The translations under genes and the position numbers were made by a program. The notes below the pieces were generated by a model. It saw only the letters and a list, made by a program, of their open reading frames with translations. It ran no database searches and was not told the DNA's origin. This document shows positions 59,701-64,000 of a stretch of DNA of 64,000 nucleotides, one piece after another; positions within the stretch are counted from its first letter, which is position 1, and each line of letters begins with the position of its first letter. The stretch lies in NCBI GenBank assembly GCA_022605425.2, contig CM061250.1, positions 186,001 through 250,000 of the forward strand, read 5' to 3'. Source of the DNA: Hamiltosporidium tvaerminnensis FI-OER-3-3. Its lineage: Eukaryota; Fungi; Microsporidia.

Positions 59701-62700
59701 TTTTATGATTAAAAGCAACGATTTGAAGAAAAACAGCCTCAAAAGCCGATTACCTGACATAGAAACAAGACCATAACTCATAGAACCTAAAAGTAAGAGA
59801 TTTAAGGAGAATAATAAAAGAAAGTGTGGATTTTTAAATGGCAGAACTCAAAAAAATGTAGAACATTGACTAGTGGTGGAATATATTGGTTCTTTGTTCA
59901 TCTTCGAAACTGAGAGGTAAAAGAGTATTTTATTTTCCAAATGAGTATATTTGAAGTCCACAATTCCTTGTTTTTCATAAAATGATTTTTAATTTTATCC
60001 TAAAATTTTATATTTTTGTTTCGATTGATTTTTACATTAATGGCGTTTGTTCTTCGTCACTTATTGTTTGTTAATTTTTTATTTAAAGTTGAAAATAAAA
60101 CTTAGCTGATATGTATTTCGGGTTTTAATCGTAAATTATTTGGATGTAATCTCCTTTGTCCAAGAAATAGCTATTTAATCTGTACATGTAATTCAACTTA
60201 TTCTTTAGTATATCATTTTTAATATTTTAAAAACAGAAAATAGTATTTTTAATTAAACAGTTCATTTATTAAACATAAACCTGATAAATTTTATGAAAAT
60301 AAAAATGGAATTATATATTCTAACACATTCTTTTTCATATTCGAAAAACTATTTTGATACATGAAATATTTATTGAACCTATGTATATTTATAATTATAC
60401 TAGATTGTGAGTCGGCATCATATATATTATAAGCATAAAGAATACCAAAGAAAAAAAACCAATCTTGAATATTTAAATGAAATAAAAACAAAACCGCTTT
60501 TAATATATAGGGAATATTAATTTACTTTTTTTATTCAAATATAATAACAAGGCGTTTTTTATTCTTTTTGTCGAACGAATTAATTAATCAACATAGTGCA
60601 AATATTTAGTAATAACATTATTATATAGTACATTTTTTTTTGTTTGAACATCTAACATAGATGAAGATTATAAATCTTTGGATTAAATTTTAAGTGATTG
60701 TATGTTCAAATTTAGGTATTTGCTGAAAAAAATTGTATTTTGATTTTTATCTACAAAATATAAATTAATAATTTTTATAAGTAATATGAGAAAAACTAGA
60801 TTCAAATAGTTGATTTATTCTTAACTTTTTCTTTACTATTTATTTTTGAACGTTTGTATAATAACTTTAAATGTGTGATACAATCTCATTTAATTCCTAA
60901 AAATATCTATTTTTATAGAAAATTTAGTTGAATTTCTGAAATATTAATTCACATAAAATAACGTATAAATAATACTAATAGTAAAAGTAATGCTTGTATA
61001 AACTCGCAGATTCTTGTTTTCACAAAACCATGCAAGTGATTACAGAGATTTTAAGATTTAAAAGATCGCTATGTAAATCATAAAATTATATTTCTCGTGC
61101 AACTTCCAGATTTTAAAACTAGCAGCATCTTCCGATACTACACGCATATTGTAATATGAAGTAATTTTATTTTAATATATTTTATAATTGCGAAAAAAAC
61201 GTTTAAAATATGACAAATTACAATTAAATCCAAGAAATTTTTCATCTATATTTTTTTTATGCGATAGCGACCTAAGAATTTTTTGAAAAGTAACAAGTTA
61301 GCTTGTAATAAAGGTTTGATGTTAATTTAGGCAAACAATAGAGAGATTCTGGTAAATCTAAGAAAACAATGTATAATTCAAACTGACTACATTTTAGTCT
61401 TTGAGTGTAAATCTATTGTTATTCAATTTTTTTTCGCATATTTAAGCTTAAAAGGCTTCAAAGTTGTTTATCTTAGATTTCAAGTTTTTATGAACTTTAA
61501 GCTAAAATATATTATTCGTAAAGAGACTTAGAGTAAATCTTATATTCACAACGATTGTTTTTATTCCTTACATTTTATGCTATTTTTAGTTTTACAATAC
61601 CACAGATTTTTGTAGTTGTGTTTTCTATGTCATTTATAACAAATATGCGATGATAAAATTCATTTTCTGATATTGAGCATCAAATTTTCCTTTGTTGTAA
61701 GGAACTTTTCGATTGAAATTATGGTAAACAAATAATTTCTTGGTGTCATTACTCGCTAAGAAAGTGCTCATTCTGATATTCCCCGAACTATTATAAAATT
61801 TTCTGAAGGAATATCATGGAAGTGATATATAAATATAGTTTATAATCAAATTTTCTCTTATTTAAGATATTTTAATTTTAAATGAATGGTTTTATGCAAT
61901 ATCGTTCATATATGATGCTAAAGACTCACAAGAAATCTTTCCATTCTATTAAGAACACATAATTGCAGTTGGATTTCTATATTATCCAAATTTTACTTGT
62001 TATATTATCTAAAAAATACAAAAAAAATTGTTAAAAAATAGACTCTTAGCAATATGATACACTTTAAGCATTAATTACATGCATCCTTTGTTCTTTCAAT
62101 ATGTTATTAATTTACGCACAACAAGAAGGTAAATAATCGTTGTATTCTTTTCAAAAAGTTCATAATTAGACTTTATTTTATTTATGAATCTTCGAATATT
62201 TTTCTTTTTGAATTATCTTTTGATATGATTTTCAGAATATATTTTCCCGGAAAAATAGCTACAATTGAATTCACTGCTCTGGGATTTTTTATTCCTAAAG
62301 ATTTACAACATCACTTGATTTACATTGCAATATTGTCTAAATACGAGATTCGATGTTTCATTTTCGGTTTAGAAAGTGTATTTTGATTTGAAATTTTACA
62401 GCGTGACTTATTATTTTTTTAATCTAGAATGCCGTGTAAATCAATAATATAATCAAATATTATTCGTTAATTTTATAAGTAGTTATTCTGACCGAATTTG
62501 TTAAAGTATAAGGATTGTAAATATTTTCTTTTTAGCTTAAATTTTGCCCAGACTATATACATAGTGTAATATTTTCCCGCGTCTCTCAGAACAAAAGAGA
62601 GAAGTCTGATATTTAATTTTGTTTTTTTTTGTTTAAAAAGAATAAAAAAAATGGATAATTATAGCGTTTCATCATTGTTGATTTAAATATAATTTTTATG

Positions 62701-62744
62701 ATTCAAATTATATAATAATACTATAGTGTGATTCTTTGGGTGTG

Positions 62745-63190
62745 CAGAGAAGATAATCGCATTTAAGATGTTAGCTGAGCAATATTTGACTAAATATATG
62801 TGAAAAAATTGTTTGAATTTTGGTAAGATAAAAATACCACTATGTTTTTAGTTGCCGTGGAATATCTATAAAAAAGAAATTTTTTAAAAACCCAACATAT
62901 ATATGTGCTCATTACTTTACAGTGTTTCATCATTAGATTTTCTGTCGAGTTATTAGGCAATATTTATGCAAAAGCATATAAATATAGTTTGGATTCTTTG
63001 TTTTAGAAGACTTAGCCCTCGTGTAATACAAAAAATCTACACTTTAAAAAGCTAGAAAAAGTAAGTGTCTGGTTATACTATTTAATATGAAATCATAACA
63101 TTTAGGTTGATATCTTGTAGAGACCAAGTTAAATTTTTATAAAAGGTTGATTAAACTAGGCATATTACTAGTCTTGGTGTGGCCAAAGAT
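62745..63190 (+). mobile_element. Decayed copy of the ~720-bp element
   Basis: Collinear blocks gataatcgcat, attgtttgaattttggt, ttagaagacttagc, ggttatac and tagtcttgg. Confidence 0.6.
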
Positions 63191-63570
63191 TATTTCTACC
63201 TAGAATAACAAATTTGATAACGAATCTTAACAAAAATCGAGAGAATATTCACCTTTAAATAGTTTTTACACATTGTGTATTGAAAGGCGTTTTTATCTAA
63301 GCCTTCCGAAGTTAACGGATGAGTTTTTACAACCAGATATCTATATTGAACAATGAAGTTAGTTGATATCATAAAAAAATTCAAAATGCGCTAATTTAAA
63401 CAACTTAATATTATTGTGTATAAAATTTAAACATTTTTAGAACTAAATTTGAACTTATTCAATTATAAACCAACTATACAGCAAATAATTAACTTAATTA
63501 AATCATTATCTCAAAAATTTATACTTTTTATTTATTTATTCGCGTATAATAGTTTTTATAACACGATTAA

Positions 63571-64000
63571 GTAAAGTATAGGTTAGTAGAAGAAGTCAAT
63601 AAGAAGAGTGTAGAAGATGCTCAACTTGCAAAACTATATAACGAAATAGAAAAACGAAAACTCCATTCAAAGTTGTATAATGCAAGGGGAAATGAGCTTG
63701 TAAGTGTTAATGACTCTTATAGATGGCTAAAGAAAGGGAATATTAGGTTACACGATGAAACAGTGTTCTGCTATATCCAGGATAGAAATGTATTCTGGGG
63801 AGCAGATGGTCTGTGTCAACGCTGCAATAAATCCGGTAAAGCTGTAGATCATATAGCAACTCGATGTGAAAAAATGCTGGGTCATGACTACAACAGACGG
63901 CATACCGAAGTGGCTAGATGCCTACACATACTTCTCCTGAATAGATATAAGTTTAAGTCCTTGAAACGCATTGGGAGTCACTCAGTTCAAGAAATTCTTG
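63571..64000 (+). mobile_element. 5'-truncated RLE-type (R4-like) non-LTR retrotransposon ORF running off the window
   Basis: Stop-free frame with S..WLKKG, CYIQDR, CCHC knuckle CQRC...DHIATRC and HDYNRRHTEVAR, the standard post-RT region of R2/R4/NeSL-type elements. Confidence 0.85.

Overview
A gene-sparse, very AT-rich eukaryotic window. Compact intronless genes with CCC-like motifs just upstream of the ATG, long intergenic regions and many decayed transposons point to a large-genome microsporidian, possibly Hamiltosporidium-like (inference). Recognisable genes: CAF-1 large subunit, Ctf4/AND-1, UAP56/Sub2, Sec9/SNAP-25, a reduced Orc4, a miniature Mad1 (C-terminal domain only), topoisomerase III with two GRF zinc fingers, Rna14/CstF-77, eL33 (RPL35A), tRNA-Pro(AGG) and a few lineage-specific secreted or hypothetical genes, one of them frameshifted. 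Mobile DNA: four remnants of an RLE-type (R4-like) non-LTR retrotransposon, an RTE-like LINE 3' end and a decayed Tc1/IS630 element with TIRs. The most interesting signal is a non-coding ~720-bp element with 5 well-preserved and about 4 decayed copies. It has a fixed 5' end (TGGAGGGAG), a 3' AATAAAG end, 14-16 bp target-site duplications in two copies and extensive nested base-pairing, consistent with a structured-RNA retroposon that has no tRNA head. A separate ~220-bp tRNA-headed SINE-like family has 2 copies. All calls come from reading the sequence by eye; no searches or folding programs were run.
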